Position numbers and translations under genes: made by a program. A stretch of DNA of 64,000 nucleotides. Source: Octopus sinensis (taxonomy: Eukaryota). Positions 1-14,105 of this stretch are shown here, in pieces. The stretch is taken from positions 117,180,001-117,244,000 of the forward strand of contig NC_043002.1 of the NCBI RefSeq assembly GCF_006345805.1, in the 5' to 3' direction. The notes under the pieces are model-generated. The model ran no database searches, was not told where the DNA came from, and worked only from the letters and a program-made list of their open reading frames with translations. Each line of letters starts with the position of its first letter. The first letter of the stretch is position 1.

Positions 1-149
1 AACTTTATCAAACGATTACCGGGAAAAAAGTGACGTTAACGAACTTAGCCTGATTAATCCCAAAGGGATGGAAACTACTACAGGATCCTGACTGCACTGA
101 ATCTCTCATATTTAATCCATCCTATTTAAATCTAAAGACAACGAATCCG

Positions 150-260
150 ACTTTAGTCGAAACCATTCAATTCGTTTAATAAACCCTATAGAATCCGATA
201 ATGGTTTCCTGAGTAAGAGTATTCTAGAGAAAATTCTGCTTTTAGCAATCATTTGCAATT
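150..260 (+). mobile_element. Penelope-like element RT remnant
   Basis: Translates as IRLINPIESDNGFLSKSILEKI, resembling the RLINPxKSEIGxISKxILxxI motif of PLE reverse transcriptases. Decayed. Confidence 0.5.
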
Positions 261-584
261 AAATTTATGGAAAAGTACTGAAGCTGTAATTAACTCATTT
301 GATTCTTTCTCTAACAAACAACTAACTAAATTTCTTCAATTTAGTATGTTGCATTATTATTATGCTTCCATAACTGCTAGTTTATTTCATTTGCTTCGCA
401 AAGCAAACAGACTAGTCTGATATTGACATTATCATCTTCACTGGAAAAACTAGGATTTATTATGATAATTCTATCTAGAACTCTTCGCAAATACTTTTAG
501 GTCGATACGGGTGCCGGCGGCTTGGCAGAAGTAATATTTTGTTGGACTATACTTGCTGAAGTAAATTTAAATAAGAAGCTGGTC

Positions 585-1008
585 GCAGGCGTGGCTGTGT
601 GGTAAGAAGCTTCCTTCTCAACCTCATGGTTTGGGGTTCAGTCCCACTGCGTGGCACCCCGAGGCGGGTGTCTTCTACTATAGCCTCGGGCCGACCACAA
701 ATTTGTGAGTGGATTTGGTAGACGGAAACATCGTATATATATGTGTATGTGTTTATGCCTGTATATATGTGTACCTATATGTGTGTATATATTTGTGTCT
801 ATGTTTGTTCCCCTGTCACAGTTTGACAACTGGTGTGTGTTTACGTCCCCGTAACTTGCCGTTTCGGCAAAAGATACCGATAGAATAAGATCTGGACTTA
901 TAAAAATAATTCCTGGAGTTGATTTATTCAATTAAAACCCTTCAAGGCGGTGCTCCAGCATGGCTGCAGTCAAATGACTGAAACAAGTAAAAATAAAAGA
1001 ACAAAAGA
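585..1008 (+). mobile_element. SINE-A copy (tRNA-like head, CORE-like motif region, central TA/TG tract, CR1-type tail)
   Basis: Head GTGGCTGTGTGGTAAGAAGC...GGTTCAGTCCCACTGCG and tail GGCGGTGCTCCAGCATGGCTGCAGTCAAATGACTGAAAC are shared with about 10 other copies in the window. Confidence 0.9.
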
Positions 1009-1049
1009 ACATCCTCAAGTCAAGAGTAGATGATAGCGCAACGGCAGGG

Positions 1050-1370
1050 GTCTCATGCTCACCGATGTCAGCCGAAGAAGAAAAGAACTACCAACTTTCT
1101 TGACACAACCTCTGACGGTCTGTATTAACCACTATCTTCAACCCAATGAGTCCTTAAATTATGTGCGTATTAAACTATGTACTCCCCCACCTCGATGCAT
1201 TGTTAACAATTTAACTAAAAATATATCTTGGATTACTTAATGTTTCAACTAACGAACAAGTGTTCAAAGTCTATTCAAATTATTGTCATGAAACTGTAAC
1301 AAGAAGTGAATATTCTGAAAATCTGAAGACATTCTTACGACAGAAAACCACAGGAATGGAAGAAACTGAT
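1050..1370 (+). mobile_element. Continuation of the PLE RT remnant (C-terminal part), split from the first part by the SINE
   Basis: QPNESLNYV...TPPPRCIVNNLTKNIS...NVSTNEQVF resembles the PLE KPNxxLxYI..SNHPP..I..LS.LSSNE.IF region. Confidence 0.45.
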
Positions 1371-2699
1371 GAAGAAAGGAGTTGGCATAATTTTCACCTC
1401 TCAACCTAAAATCCCTTTTCTATTTTTAGAAATAAACCTCTAGATCCGATACTATTGTATCTTGCATGGAAACATTGTCAATGTATCTTGTTTTGCTGCA
1501 CCTAACTTTACATGTAACTTTGCTATTTCTAACTCGGCTAAATTACATCCAATAACCATACCACACCCGAGAGGAATTTCAGTACCCCTAGTTACTGCTC
1601 TCTGTCTAAACTGCTTTAGAAATGCGTAGAATAACTAAAGTTTACATTAGTCTCACTTCAAATTCGTCCAAAGAAATGTTTTATTCATACTCTGCATTCT
1701 TTTAGGAATCCTGATGGTCTTTATTGGTTTTCATCTGGAAGCTGAAAGATGATGGTATTCTTTCTAATATTAGATTGAAGATAATTAAAACATGCTCCAT
1801 CCTATATAGGGATTCATAAAGCTTCTAACTTCTGTACTGGAGACGCTAAACATCTATTTTCTTAGAACCTACTATAAAATCCCAAACACCTTCCTTAATC
1901 TTAAAAATATCGTTCTTCCTACCAGTGCAATTGAACTACACTACCCACTTACTTGTAGGATACTTCAGTCCACACATTTAAAAAGGAGTATCAACGAGGC
2001 ATTAACCCTGCCATGGACTGGAATTCCATTCCGTTAGGAGTCTTGTAAGCTTAGGGACTTAAACGCTCTGGAACCTGAGGAAAACACTTTCTTAATGAAC
2101 GTGTAGACTCGAAACACACTTTCACTTGACCGAATTTGATATTTGTACCTGTTTTGTGTATACATACGTGGGTATACTTTGCCTATATCTATGTTTTATT
2201 GTATGGTATTTACTCATATGCAACTAATATTTATTCGAGTTGAGTTCGACATGACGTTTCAATACATCCTTACTCTTTTCCTCGAAATGTCTAAAAGCAG
2301 AAACAGACCTCTAGACAATTTTCTCTCCAATTTTTCAACATCCGTGGTTTTAGTTCCAATCTAGATCCCACCATTTATCCCTTACACGCAGGCCACATCT
2401 TATTCCTCACTCAATCCCTCAATCCCTATGACCAACCCACCTCAACACTCCAGATTACAATCTTTATCCATAAAGGTGATGTCCTGTCCGTACTTACGTA
2501 AATGTTCCACTCTCCTTGTCACACACGGAGAGTGAAACACAAATGGATATCAGCAATAATTTCTTCTAATTACTCTTGATCAAAATATACGCCCTTTACT
2601 TAAATACTTCTACTCCCTCTGCCATTCTCCTAAACTTCGAACCGCTTGCTTCTTTTCAACCTTTTCTGCCCAAGAGTAATATATATCTTAGTTCACCAC

Positions 2700-3485
2700 C
2701 ACCACCACCACCCCCCTCCGAACTCATCAGCCTTGGTGACTTCAACATTCCAAACTCCACATGGCGACCTCCTCCTCCCATTCCAATGGTGTCAGAAGCC
2801 GATTCTTTTGTAACCCTTAATTGTCTTCATCAACATTTCTCATCCTCTGCACCTATTCAAGATCAGCACTCTGATACCCCAAACAACCTTCGCCAATCAA
2901 CATCCACTACGCCCTCTACCCTATAGCGCTTCCAGTCAGTAGAATGGGTGTAGCTCGCTAATTGTAATACCAACTATCCCTGCTTATGTATGTGCTTCAC
3001 TTCTCACTCGTCAGAAATAGCCAGATCGACGATTGAAACACAACAAAAGCCCAGTGCCGAAAGTCTCTCCAGTGGTTCGCGCATATTTGTGATGAAGGCT
3101 GTTCAACAAATAGTAAAACTCATCCACTCAGCCAAAACTGGTTGGAATGTATACAACAACGAAACATCTGCAGGGCTATTATATGATTGACAAACGATGA
3201 TTTTGTGCATCGTACAGCTTCCAAAGTATTCCGTTTTCCAGACAGCAACCGATCATTTTGATGTTTTGGTAAAAGGTTTTCCACAAAACCGTTTACAGAT
3301 GTTTCTTGTCATGCACCTCACAACCTTTACTTTTCCTACCCTCTTTACAGCCAGCTCTCCAGGCACTTGACAAAACTCATCCAATTCTAACCTTTACCAC
3401 TTTTCAAGATAGCTGTGTTGATATTTGCGAAGAGGTCTTCATTCATTACGGAACAAAAGCGGCCACCGATCTTGCCCGGTAATAT
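2700..3485 (+). mobile_element. CR1/Crack-like LINE ORF2 remnant (APE endonuclease and linker)
   Basis: LGDFNIPNSTW (GDFN endonuclease motif) is followed by QWFAHIC...WLECIQQRNICRAII, like the PWF..C...W..Y...RN.C linker. Many stops and frameshifts. Confidence 0.55.
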
Positions 3486-3489
3486 CGTG

Positions 3490-3569
3490 TGCATGTATGT
3501 GTATGTGCGTGCGTGTGTGTGTATGTGTGTGTGCGTGTGTGTGTGTGTGTGCGTGTGTGTGTGTGTGCG

Positions 3570-3624
<55 letters not shown>

Positions 3625-3626
3625 GT
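3490..3626. repeat. (TG)n microsatellite
   Basis: Direct inspection. Confidence 0.95.
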
Positions 3627-4375
3627 ATTACACTGATTAGCTTTTAGCTGCTTGGAATGTAAGGGACTATAGATCCCGAGTTGTTTGCCAGTGCTGCATT
3701 TTATAACTCCCTCAGAGCTAACTCAAGCATTCCTGTTAAGGCTCTGATGAAGCAATAAAATATAGCACTGGCACTGAACTCTAGGTGCACTTCCTTTTAT
3801 AACTGAAAAAGCTAATGAGTGTGATTGCATATCTCCTACTCTTTTATCGTTCAATTTATTGATTAATATTACGCTCTGTGCTTATCATCTGGTTCATATA
3901 ATAGTCAGGGGCTGATGATGTCAGAATATTCACACCAGCTCGCCGCTGACGCTTAGTAATATTGTGTATGATAAGTATATCAAGTTCTGACACCAGTTTA
4001 TCGCTCCTACTATGGCAAAGCAGAATTATCATATATGTATGTGCGTGTGCATCGTTGTATCGATGTTTGTATACGTATGCGTATATATATAAACAAGCAC
4101 ACACACGCACGCAAGCACACACACGCCCGCAAGCACACACGCACGCAAGCACACAAATAAACATGCACGTACGTATACACACGTGCATTAATCGGTATTT
4201 TTGCGTGTATTCACAAGTATATAAAAACATATAAAAATTCCACTTCTTGTGTTCCACGAATTTACGTGTTTCTCGCAAGGCATCTTTAGCAACTAATTGA
4301 GAACAGTGATTAGATACGATTGGCTTCTCTGAAACGAAGCAGTGAAGTGTCTTCACCTGAATAAAACAAATGAAG

Positions 4376-4532
4376 TGACGTCAGGCATGTTGTTGCGCAG
4401 TGCGCTTCTTATGTATGCGGAAAATTAATTCTAGTAGTTATTTTAAATCCTGATCACGACTCACACGTTATTTCAATATGATGTGAATTACTTATATACC
4501 ACCGTAAGCATATTCCCTCATCGATGACGTCA
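4376..4532. promoter_or_regulatory. Promoter-like island with two full CRE sites (TGACGTCA at 4376-4383 and 4525-4532)
   Basis: Two perfect 8-bp palindromic CREs 149 bp apart in CpG-richer, non-repetitive sequence. Confidence 0.4.
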
Positions 4533-4571
4533 GAAGTTGCTTAAATCTTTCCAACTGAGTAATGCGTCGCT

Positions 4572-4591
4572 ATGGTTGCGTTGGCGTTCTC

Positions 4592-4649
<58 letters not shown>

Positions 4650-4678
4650 TTGTCTGTTTCATCTATACAAGTCAATAG
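4572..4678 (+). CDS. Candidate first coding exon encoding a signal-peptide-like MVALAFSF-I18-LSVSSIQVN
   Basis: ATG in GnnATGG context; (ATT)18 reads as poly-Ile; followed by the donor-like AG|GTAATG. No homology recognised, so it could be UTR. Confidence 0.2.
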
Positions 4679-5894
4679 GTAATGTCTGTCTTCAAACATT
4701 ACTATTCCTGTTCCTGTATAGCCTACTTTTTTCTCGATCGAATAACAAAGTACACCTTTATCGATCTGCGTGTACATTAAGTTTATGTTGTCACGCATCG
4801 TTATATTTACGAACTTAATATATGTTATATGTAAGCAAATGTTGAACATATATGTCTATTAACTCTTTTTTTCCTTGCATCTACCTAATTGTCAGATGAG
4901 TTTAAATGAATGTTTATGGAAGCTGTGGTGTAAACGGGAGTTACGTTTGAAATATTTATTATTTTGATTGATATAAAGAGCGGTTACACTTGTTTATGAA
5001 GCATATTACTGACTTGTAATAAGTGTGTGACAAAATGAACATTCGCTGTTACTGTGGAGGCATCCGGCTAGTTGATTGTGAGTGAAATATGTTCTAACAT
5101 TTAATAATTTATCTAACATTTAATATCAGAAAATGTTAATAGATGTGTCCGTCAGAGGCTTGGTTGTTTCTAAAACTGTAGGTGTTTAGTTGATATGAAA
5201 TAATAGTTAATGTGAGATAAGTGGATTAAAAGATTTCCAAGCGCACATGCGCTGAGTTTGAAACGTGTAAAGTCAAGTAGATTAATGATGTCATAAATTG
5301 CTTCATGATCTGCGTCATTTCAGTTATCAAAATGGAAAAAAAACACGTGTTTAATGCTATAATCGAATATCTATGGTTATACTCAATATGTTCTACATAT
5401 TCTCAATCATTCCCATTATAGAAGTGAAATTGAAATTATTTGTCGTCTGTTGCGTATGATTACTACCTAGTTTCACAATGAAATATATTTTGAAAGTGAT
5501 CGTCTGTAACTGTGAAATTATTATTTTTTACACAATATTGACATTTTAAACTCTCGAACATTTATGGAATGTTCAGTTAACTATTTATACAATTCAGCCT
5601 TTAATATGATTACAGTAATCTCTAGTCAGACACTTAAAATAACAACTAACTATGAACTAGTTGATTACCAGTCATCAATAAAAACTGTTCAACAACTACC
5701 TTATATACGCCCTTCGTTTCAGCATTAGATCTTACTAACATACAAATACCATCTTTCTCTTTCTTTATATTTATGTGGCTATACGCTAGTGACAGTACAT
5801 GTCTAAATTCATCATTTATGATTTATATTTATTTACATATGTGTGTGTGTGTATGTATATATATGTATATGTATTATGTATATATATATATATT

Positions 5895-5928
<34 letters not shown>

Positions 5929-6089
5929 CATAATACATATACATATACATATATATACATACACACACACACACACATATATGTAGGTATGTATTTATAT
6001 GCACATACACATGCACACCTATATGTAAATAAATATAAATCATAAATGATAAATTTAGACATGTACTGTCACTAGCGTATAGCCACATA

Positions 6090-6570
6090 AATATAAAGAA
6101 AGTGGGAGTGAAACACGTAAACGACCAAATTCTTGATTCAGGGTCCTGTGATGTTCTCTTAAGCGCCTCCAAACTATCTAAAAGGGGTTTAGTGAACTGC
6201 AGCCTCGCATGCCGCCTGTGCTCTATGATGTGGACCTTCGAACATATCCAAAGCAATTAGATACGTGAGGAACAACACCATCGATAGACCTACTCTCAGA
6301 TTTCAAGTTTGTTCATGGTGATCAGTGATAGAAGGGAAATCCAACTCTATAATGATAGCCAAAGGGACAGCCTTTATTAAAGATAGAAAGTGGCTTAACA
6401 AAAACAAAAACCGACGATAAGAGCTCTGATGGTTTACTTACAAGGGTTCACAGATAGTTCTCAATGGAAAGACTGAATGTTACAGGAATCAACAGAAAAG
6501 GGCTGTGAAGAACAACGCAGAGACGCTGTCGAGAAAGTACTGAAATGGCTCTGGCTAAAATCAGGTGATC
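6090..6570 (+). mobile_element. Hero/R2-group (RLE) non-LTR element, 3' remnant
   Basis: DVLLSASKLSKRGLVNCSLACRLCSMMWTFEHI (zinc-knuckle region) and AVEKVLKWLWLK (Hero-like C-terminus). Confidence 0.55.
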
Positions 6571-6574
6571 AGTT

Positions 6575-6990
6575 AGGAGTGGCTGTGTGGTAAGCAGCTT
6601 GTTTCCCAACCACATGGTCTAGGGTTCAGTCCCACTGCGTGGCACCTTGTGCAAGTCTCAACTATAGCCTAGGGCTGATTAAAGCCTTGTGGGTGTATCT
6701 GGTAGACGAAAACTGGAAGAATCGCGTCGTATATATGTGTGTGCGTGTGTGTGTGTGCGTGTGTGTGTGCGTGTGTGCGTGCGTGTGTGTGTGTGTGTTT
6801 GTCTCCGCCATCAGTTGACAACCGATGTTGGTGTGTTTACGTCTCCGTAACCTAGCGGTTCGGCAAAAGAGACCGATAGAAGAAGTACTAGGCTTACAAT
6901 AAATAAGTTCTGGGGTCGATTTGTTCAACGAAAGGCGGTGCTCCAACGTGGACTCAATCAAATAACTGAAACAAGAAAAAGAATAAAAGA
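6575..6990 (+). mobile_element. SINE-A copy
   Basis: Homologous along its length to 585-1008. Confidence 0.9.
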
Positions 6991-7259
6991 AATAATATAC
7001 ACCCGCCTCTTTCTATCTAAATTCCATGGAGTAGCATTGAGCGCTGGCATAGGTTTCTGACTTTCCGTCCACTTTTTCTTTCTGCACACTGACTGTCTCT
7101 CTTGGTCTTTTTTTCTATGCTATTCTCTTTATTGATTTTGCTAAAGGACTAATGTACGAAAAGTCAAAACATTTTCACTTTCTCTTCAAGATTTTAATTG
7201 ATACCATATTTTACAAACTTTGCTCCTTCTGTGCTGTCCTTCGTATTGTATTGTATTCA

Positions 7260-7457
7260 CATTGTATATGCATGTGTGTATGTGCTTATGTACGTACGTA
7301 CGTATGTATGTATGTACGTATGCATGTATGTATGTATACATGCATGCACGTATACATGCATGCATGTATGTATGCAAGGTTGTATGTGTGCGTATATATG
7401 TATGTATATATATATGTATGTATATATATATATATGTATGTGTATATATATGTGTGT

Positions 7458-7546
<89 letters not shown>

Positions 7547-7610
7547 CTCATGTATATGTGAAGATAGAAACGTATGTATAGACACATACACACCTGCATG
7601 TATACACAGA
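7260..7610. repeat. Compound (ATGT)n/(TA)n microsatellite
   Basis: Direct inspection. Confidence 0.95.
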
Positions 7611-8639
7611 CTTATATAGAGGGAGAGTGACAGACAGACAGACAGACAGGGAAAAAGAGTTGTCCCTCAGTTTATACCGTACTAGTTAGGCACCGCTTCA
7701 CTCAGCACGGATTTTGTTTTAGAGTAGGGAGCAATACAGAAATATTACTTTGTCATTTTTATTTCTGTTTCCTATGTTCCCACCATTTTAATTCCATTCC
7801 ACTTTTTCCATATTAAGGCAGACCACACTGAAGAAATACTTCAGTCAGAATTACTCTTCGTATTTTTTAAGTATTTTGTTAAAATTTTTCGGGATTAAAC
7901 AATAAAATTTCGAATGTCAGGAAAGTCGATTTTTCTAGAAATGAAAATCAATGAATTAAAACATCTTCAAAATGGAATTGGTTGAACAGCAACATGCGAA
8001 ATAGCTTAAGATGAGTGAAACAACTTTTACAACTCGAAAACAAACAAAAGAAAAAGAAATCAGAGCCAATATAATTGCTGATTTTTCAATATCTTTAAAA
8101 CACATTATACGTACGTACCAGCTTTATTCAAACAATGGATAAAGCTCCATTATTTTGGTCTGAAGATAAAGACAGTACTTGCATAAAGACATACATACAT
8201 ACATACATACATACATACATACATACATACATACATACATACATACATACATACATACGTATATATATATACACACATATATATATATATGCATACATAT
8301 ATATATGCATATATATATTTATACACTCGCACACACACACACACACACGCACACACACACACACACTCACACACACACAAGCGCGCATGCGATAATCCCC
8401 ATTTTATAAATAATTGTTTAAAGTTTACTCGAGTTTTTTTTCCGTTAATAATATTAAAACCTAGATCTGCAACGTTTTAAACGATTCCGATTTGCTCGGT
8501 GATTCGCAAAACCAGCCTATTGTGTTAAGCGAAGTAACTGTATATATGTAAGTGGTATATATTTACGAGTATGTGTGCATGTGTGTCTGTGTAAGATTGT
8601 TTATAAATAATATATATATCGAAAAAGAATTCTACAGAA

Positions 8640-9260
8640 AGAAACAAAATCTAGAATCGAAAGGCCTCAAAGTAAATTTAGCAAACGTTAAAGAATCAGA
8701 GAATAGGAAAGATTACAGAACCTTGGTTGCATCAGGGAAGAGGCAATGCTCGATATGTAATTACGGATTAGGTAGGAAATCTATATGATGCGCCTACTAT
8801 AAACTATGGACTCTCAACAGATATAGTGGAATCTCTGTTAGGTTGCGAGAGAAGGTAAATTTCACATGTGGCAGGTACTAAGAGCTCTTGCGAAATAGTT
8901 TCCATCATGCTCTCAAGCAGCTCTCTGGAAATAATTGATAGTTTGTTTCCTTGGGGACCTAATAAACAGGCTTTGAACATTCTGAGAGACTGCTAACCAT
9001 ATTAAATTTGTTGCAAGAATTCCAGAGAATTACTATCTCTGATAACGAAAGGAAAACTGAACATAAGTGGAACCATGTGTCGTGTGCAAGACAGAAGTTT
9101 GTATTGGTACGGACATGTGACATGTGTGAGGTAAACAACTGTAAAAAGAAGTATTGTGTGCTCAGGACGCATAAAATGTTTGGAAGAAGGAGACTGAGGA
9201 AGACTTGGGAGAAAGGGGTGAGAATAACTAAGTTTTCTGTCAATTGGCGTCGTAGAGTGT
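8640..9260 (+). mobile_element. RTE-clade LINE remnant (end of RT and C-terminus)
   Basis: LESKGLKVNLANVK...SGKRQCSICNYGLGRKSI, and later GRRRLRKTWEKGV, match the RTE-type GLKVNxxKT / CSIC..GVG.NSI / RGRPRKTW motifs. Confidence 0.65.
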
Positions 9261-9319
9261 GACGGAAGAAAAGCTTGTCAAAACGGACGTTAATATTATG
9301 ATATACGTGTAAAAGCAGC

Positions 9320-9450
9320 GAGCTGACACAATCGTTAGTGCGCCAGGCAAAATGATTAGCGTTATTTCGCCCCTCTTTACGTTCTAAGTTCAAGTTCCGA
9401 GGTCAACTTTGCTTTTCATCCTTTTGGGGGTCGATAAAATAAGTAGTAGT
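9320..9450 (+). mobile_element. Degenerate SINE-B copy
   Basis: CTTTGCTTTTCATCCTTTTGGGGGTCGATAAAATAAGTA core motif. Confidence 0.7.
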
Positions 9451-10260
9451 TGCAGATAGTCTACATATTTTGAGTGAGACGCTCATAACTGTACAATTGA
9501 TTACTGCTCAAGGAGGATTAGAATTGCGATTAATGTAATGTAAATGTTCGTCAACAACGCTGTTCTCAAATCACTATGACTACGAAAGATTATAAATGGG
9601 TATTGCACAATATCTGAAGATTCAACGATGTACTTAAGCTGATATGATTTCTTGATATAACTGATACTTATTCCTTGTTAATGAAACGCGTGGCTATTGT
9701 CTATATATAGCAAGAACTAAACATCATTTAATGTACGAGAGCTACTACTAGTTGCTTGCTATTGACACATGGTTAGGCAGATTTTTATAACATGCCATGT
9801 GCCTCCAAGCAATCTCCGGACTCTGAGCACATGGTTTGTTTTAAGTGGAGAATCATGGACAAATCCAAGCAAATGGATCTAAGAAATGACATTTATTCGT
9901 AGCTGAAATCTCGCACATTCTTCTTTTTAGATCCAAGAATTCTACTACACCACTTAACTCTAGATCCGACTTCTACAATCAAAGAGAACGTAACTAATTT
10001 TCTTTTCTCTCCATTTTCTTTCCGGTTTTACTCATCCTTTGTCTTCTCATTCCACTTTTTGCATCAACCTTCTTCGCGTTTCGTGGTTTCTCAGGTGCCA
10101 GTGACCTGCTTTTCAACTAGAATAAACCAGGTGCTCTGAGACCGAGATTGCATGGTGACACAAAGCACGTTATATAGCCTTCCTAACCACGTGTGTTAAT
10201 GACACAAAACTATTATTAGCTCTCAATTTAATATTGTGTACATAAAAATTATACATACAT

Positions 10261-10319
<59 letters not shown>

Positions 10320-10536
10320 ATTATATATATATATATACACATAGAAATATAACAAAAATGGAAAACTTCAGTTGTCACTATCTGTGACTGAAAGTAGCAC
10401 CTACATTTAGCCCTTAAAATAAGAGCTAAAAGCCTTTATAGCCCCAAGAAGCACATGTCTATGCACTGACAGGGGAGATAACCGCCACACAGCGAGCGAG
10501 GTCACTATACTAGTCCAGTTTCGCTTAGAATTAAAC

Positions 10537-10647
<111 letters not shown>

Positions 10648-10744
10648 ATATGTATATATATATATATATATATATCTATCTATATATATATATATATACA
10701 TACATACATACATACATACATACATACATACAAATACATATGCT

Positions 10745-10975
10745 TTTTTGCCTTTTTCTACTTTCAGTCATTGGACTGCGAGGGTGCTGGGCCACTGCCC
10801 TGAAGGGTTTTAGTCGAACAAAACAGGGACGTAAGCAAAACTACCGAGGAGCTTCTTTCATTTTCTGTCTTCCAAACCGGTTATAAGGCTTTGGTTGGCC
10901 TAGAGCTATAGCAGAAGACACATGCCCTGTGTGCCACGCAGTAGGACTGAACCCGAAACCATGTGCCTGGGAGAC
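10745..10975 (-). mobile_element. SINE-A copy, internally deleted
   Basis: Reverse complement of the SINE-A head and tail with the middle missing. Confidence 0.75.
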
Positions 10976-11029
10976 ATACGCACGCATATACATACTCACA
11001 TACTTACATACATATATACATACATACAT

Positions 11030-11520
11030 AATACCTGCTTACTGTCAAGTCAATGACCTCTTTGATGATCTTTTGTTCCCTTACAACCACTATAACTCTT
11101 CCCACCTGTCACTCTCCTCCTCTTTCTCTCATCTCTCGCATTACACATCACTACCATTCATCTGTCTATTGTTTATACCATCGATATCTTTCGCCCATGC
11201 CTTTTATTCTCTTGCTTTTTACGCTTATGCGCCTATTACTCATCTCCCAATCCCTTCCCTCTATTTTCAGTCTCACAATACCTTACTGTCAGTGTGGCTA
11301 TATATAGCAGTGCATCTCTCTACTGTTTGCCATACGTTGCATTCTCTTGGCCATACCTTTAACGCTTGTCTTTATTTGCTATATATTGCATTCTTTCGCC
11401 TATGCCTATTGCTCATCTCCTATCAACTCCTTTCTCTTCTCGTCCAGTTTGATGTCTTCTGTTCGTCATATCTTGCTTCCAGTGTGTATATTAGGGTATT
11501 TCAAATATGTATGTGAAATA
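11030..11520 (-). mobile_element. Probable RTE LINE ORF2 remnant
   Basis: Purine-rich minus strand with weak resemblance to the RTE endonuclease-RT linker. Heavily decayed. Confidence 0.3.
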
Positions 11521-11590
11521 TACACAAACATTCGCTATTTGGTTATAAGGGTAGGTATCAGCTGATATATATATATATATATTTAAGTGT

Positions 11591-11681
<91 letters not shown>

Positions 11682-11686
11682 TATCG

Positions 11687-11991
11687 TTTACTCTTTTACT
11701 CTTTTATTTCTTTCAGTCATTTGACTGCGGCCATATCTAAACGCACCAGCATCGTCTGACCAGCGATGGGGGGGGGGACAAACCCAGACACACAAACACA
11801 CACACACATTCACACACACACATATATATATATATTTACGACGGGCTTCTTTCAGCTTCCGTCTACCAAATCCTCTCACAAGTCTTTAGTCGGCCCGACG
11901 CTATTGTAGAAGACACTTGACCAAGGTACCACGCAGTGGCACTGAGCCTGGACCATGTGGTTGGTAAGCAAGCTACTTACCACACAGCCTG
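11687..11991 (-). mobile_element. SINE-A copy
   Basis: Reverse complement of the head and tail. Confidence 0.85.
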
Positions 11992-12043
11992 TATATATAT
12001 ATATATATGTACACATATATATGTACACATATATATGTGTGTG

Positions 12044-12113
<70 letters not shown>

Positions 12114-12129
12114 CTAACATGTGTAATCA

Positions 12130-13100
12130 GAACCAAGGTGAGATGACAGAGAGAATTATTAAGGAAAAAGGACAATTAGAGATGGAGCACTTTTTAGTTA
12201 GCAATTTGAGATGCAGGAAAATTAGTTTACACATACGATATTCTATGGTGTGAGCGTCAAAAGCGCGAAGTGTTCAAAATTGTGAGGCGGTGTACCAGCA
12301 TAAATCATAATATTGTTGGACAAAGAGGCATACAGAGTGATAATGGTGCACTTGCTCTCACTGACAGAGAAAATAAAGGGACATGGAAGCAAAATTCTGA
12401 GGGATTCCTGAATATGGAGAATGCATGTAGAGGGAGAGTCCAGTCCAAGTGGTTAGAGTCCTTCTCTCAGCAATATGGTAGAGAGAGTGATGAAAGCTAT
12501 GAAAGCAACTGGTCCATCGGAAATAGTTACTGAAAGGTTTAAAATATCTGGCGAAGTAGAGTTTTGTATAGTCACTCGAATAGAAGAAATCGTTATACCA
12601 TTGACTAGCATGGTAGAATTAAACAGTTACAAAGCAAAAAAGATGCACTGGAAAGAAGAAACTCCAAGAGCGTCACATTGTTGGATCAGAAGTTTTTGAG
12701 AAATATATTTGAGGTAGGATTAGCCTAGACGTGATGCTGTTTGATTTTGTTTCAGGAAGAGGTTCACCGATGCCATTTGCCTAGCGAGACAACTTCAAGA
12801 GAATTACTTTAGCTAGAAGAAAGCCTATATATGCGAAGACCTGGGCAAAGTTTTCGACACAGTCCTTTGTTCTACCATCTAATTTCCTTTAGAGCATCTT
12901 CTTTGACAGCAGTTTAGCTTTGCAACAAATGAGTGATCTGTGATGCAGTCAGTACTCTGGAAGGATCTAGTCATAAGTGTATACTTCAATTGGCAGCTCA
13001 TTGTCAATATCAGGTCAAGTTCGTGCAACTGTTTGAAGCAGGAGTGTCTCCAAGATATTTGTGTTGGGATTTGTTTTGGAAGTGTTTCAAATTAATGCAT
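12130..13100 (+). mobile_element. RTE LINE reverse transcriptase remnant
   Basis: MKATGPSEIVTERFKISG...YKAK resembles the RTE KxGKAxGPSGIxxEMLKxSG...YKGKGD motifs. Confidence 0.65.
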
Positions 13101-13613
13101 GATATTTTGTATAATGGCTGTATGTGCAATGTTTGAAGTGTATATTATATAAGTGCTTTGCAAATATGTATATTTTATGAAAATTGTAATATATTTTATA
13201 CGGAAATTGATTTATATTAACCATAAGAAATATATGCAGTGAACGAATACACAATAAGGTTTATATATTGCAATATTTCACCGTAACAGCTTTATATGAC
13301 ATGTTATAATGACATTTATATTATATCAATGAAATGCATGCTACATTGATTATTGACAAAATATACACCTTTATAGTAGAACATATTTGATCAGAACCAA
13401 GCCTAACAATATATATATGCGGTAACACGTTTCTATCAAATCTATGGACAGTATATTGTGTTGATGCATTTATTAAAGGCCATTTTAGGCTCATTTCTTT
13501 TAAAATGTTGATGTTTTGACGGCACGAGTATACTAGTACGTGTAAGTGCCTCTATGTGTGTGTGTGTGTGTATATATACGTATGCACGCGTATATACACG
13601 CATATTTATATAT

Positions 13614-13660
<47 letters not shown>

Positions 13661-13744
13661 TAGGTATATATATGTGTGTGTATATATATATATGTGTGTG
13701 TGTGTGTATGTATATATATATATAAAATATATATATATATATAT

Positions 13745-13799
<55 letters not shown>

Positions 13800-13914
13800 G
13801 CACATATATATAGCCATACATACAAAAATATACATATATACATACGTACCTACATATGTGTGTGTATGTGTGTGTAAGCACGTATTTGTGTATGTACATG
13901 TATATATATATACG

Positions 13915-14095
13915 CGTTCATCTGCCGCTACGTTCTGAGTTCAAATTCCGCCGAGGTCGACTTTGCCTTTCATTCTTTCGGGGTCGATAAATTAAGTACC
14001 AGTTACGCACTGGTGCGATCTAATCGACTTAATCCCTTTGTCTGTCCTTGTTTGTCCCCTCTATGTTTAGCCCCTTGTGGGTAATAAAGAAATTT
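13915..14095 (+). mobile_element. SINE-B copy (Deu/Nin-type central domain)
   Basis: TACGTTCTGAGTTCAAATTCCGCCGAGGTCGACTTTGCCTTTCATTCTTTCGGGGTCGATAAATTAAGTACC is shared with 24765 and 36921. Confidence 0.9.
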
Positions 14096-14105
14096 AAAAA
14101 AGTAT

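Noticed and set aside
8381-8391. NRF1-like GCGCATGCG as a promoter
   Set aside because: It sits at the end of a CA/CG microsatellite, where such strings arise readily.
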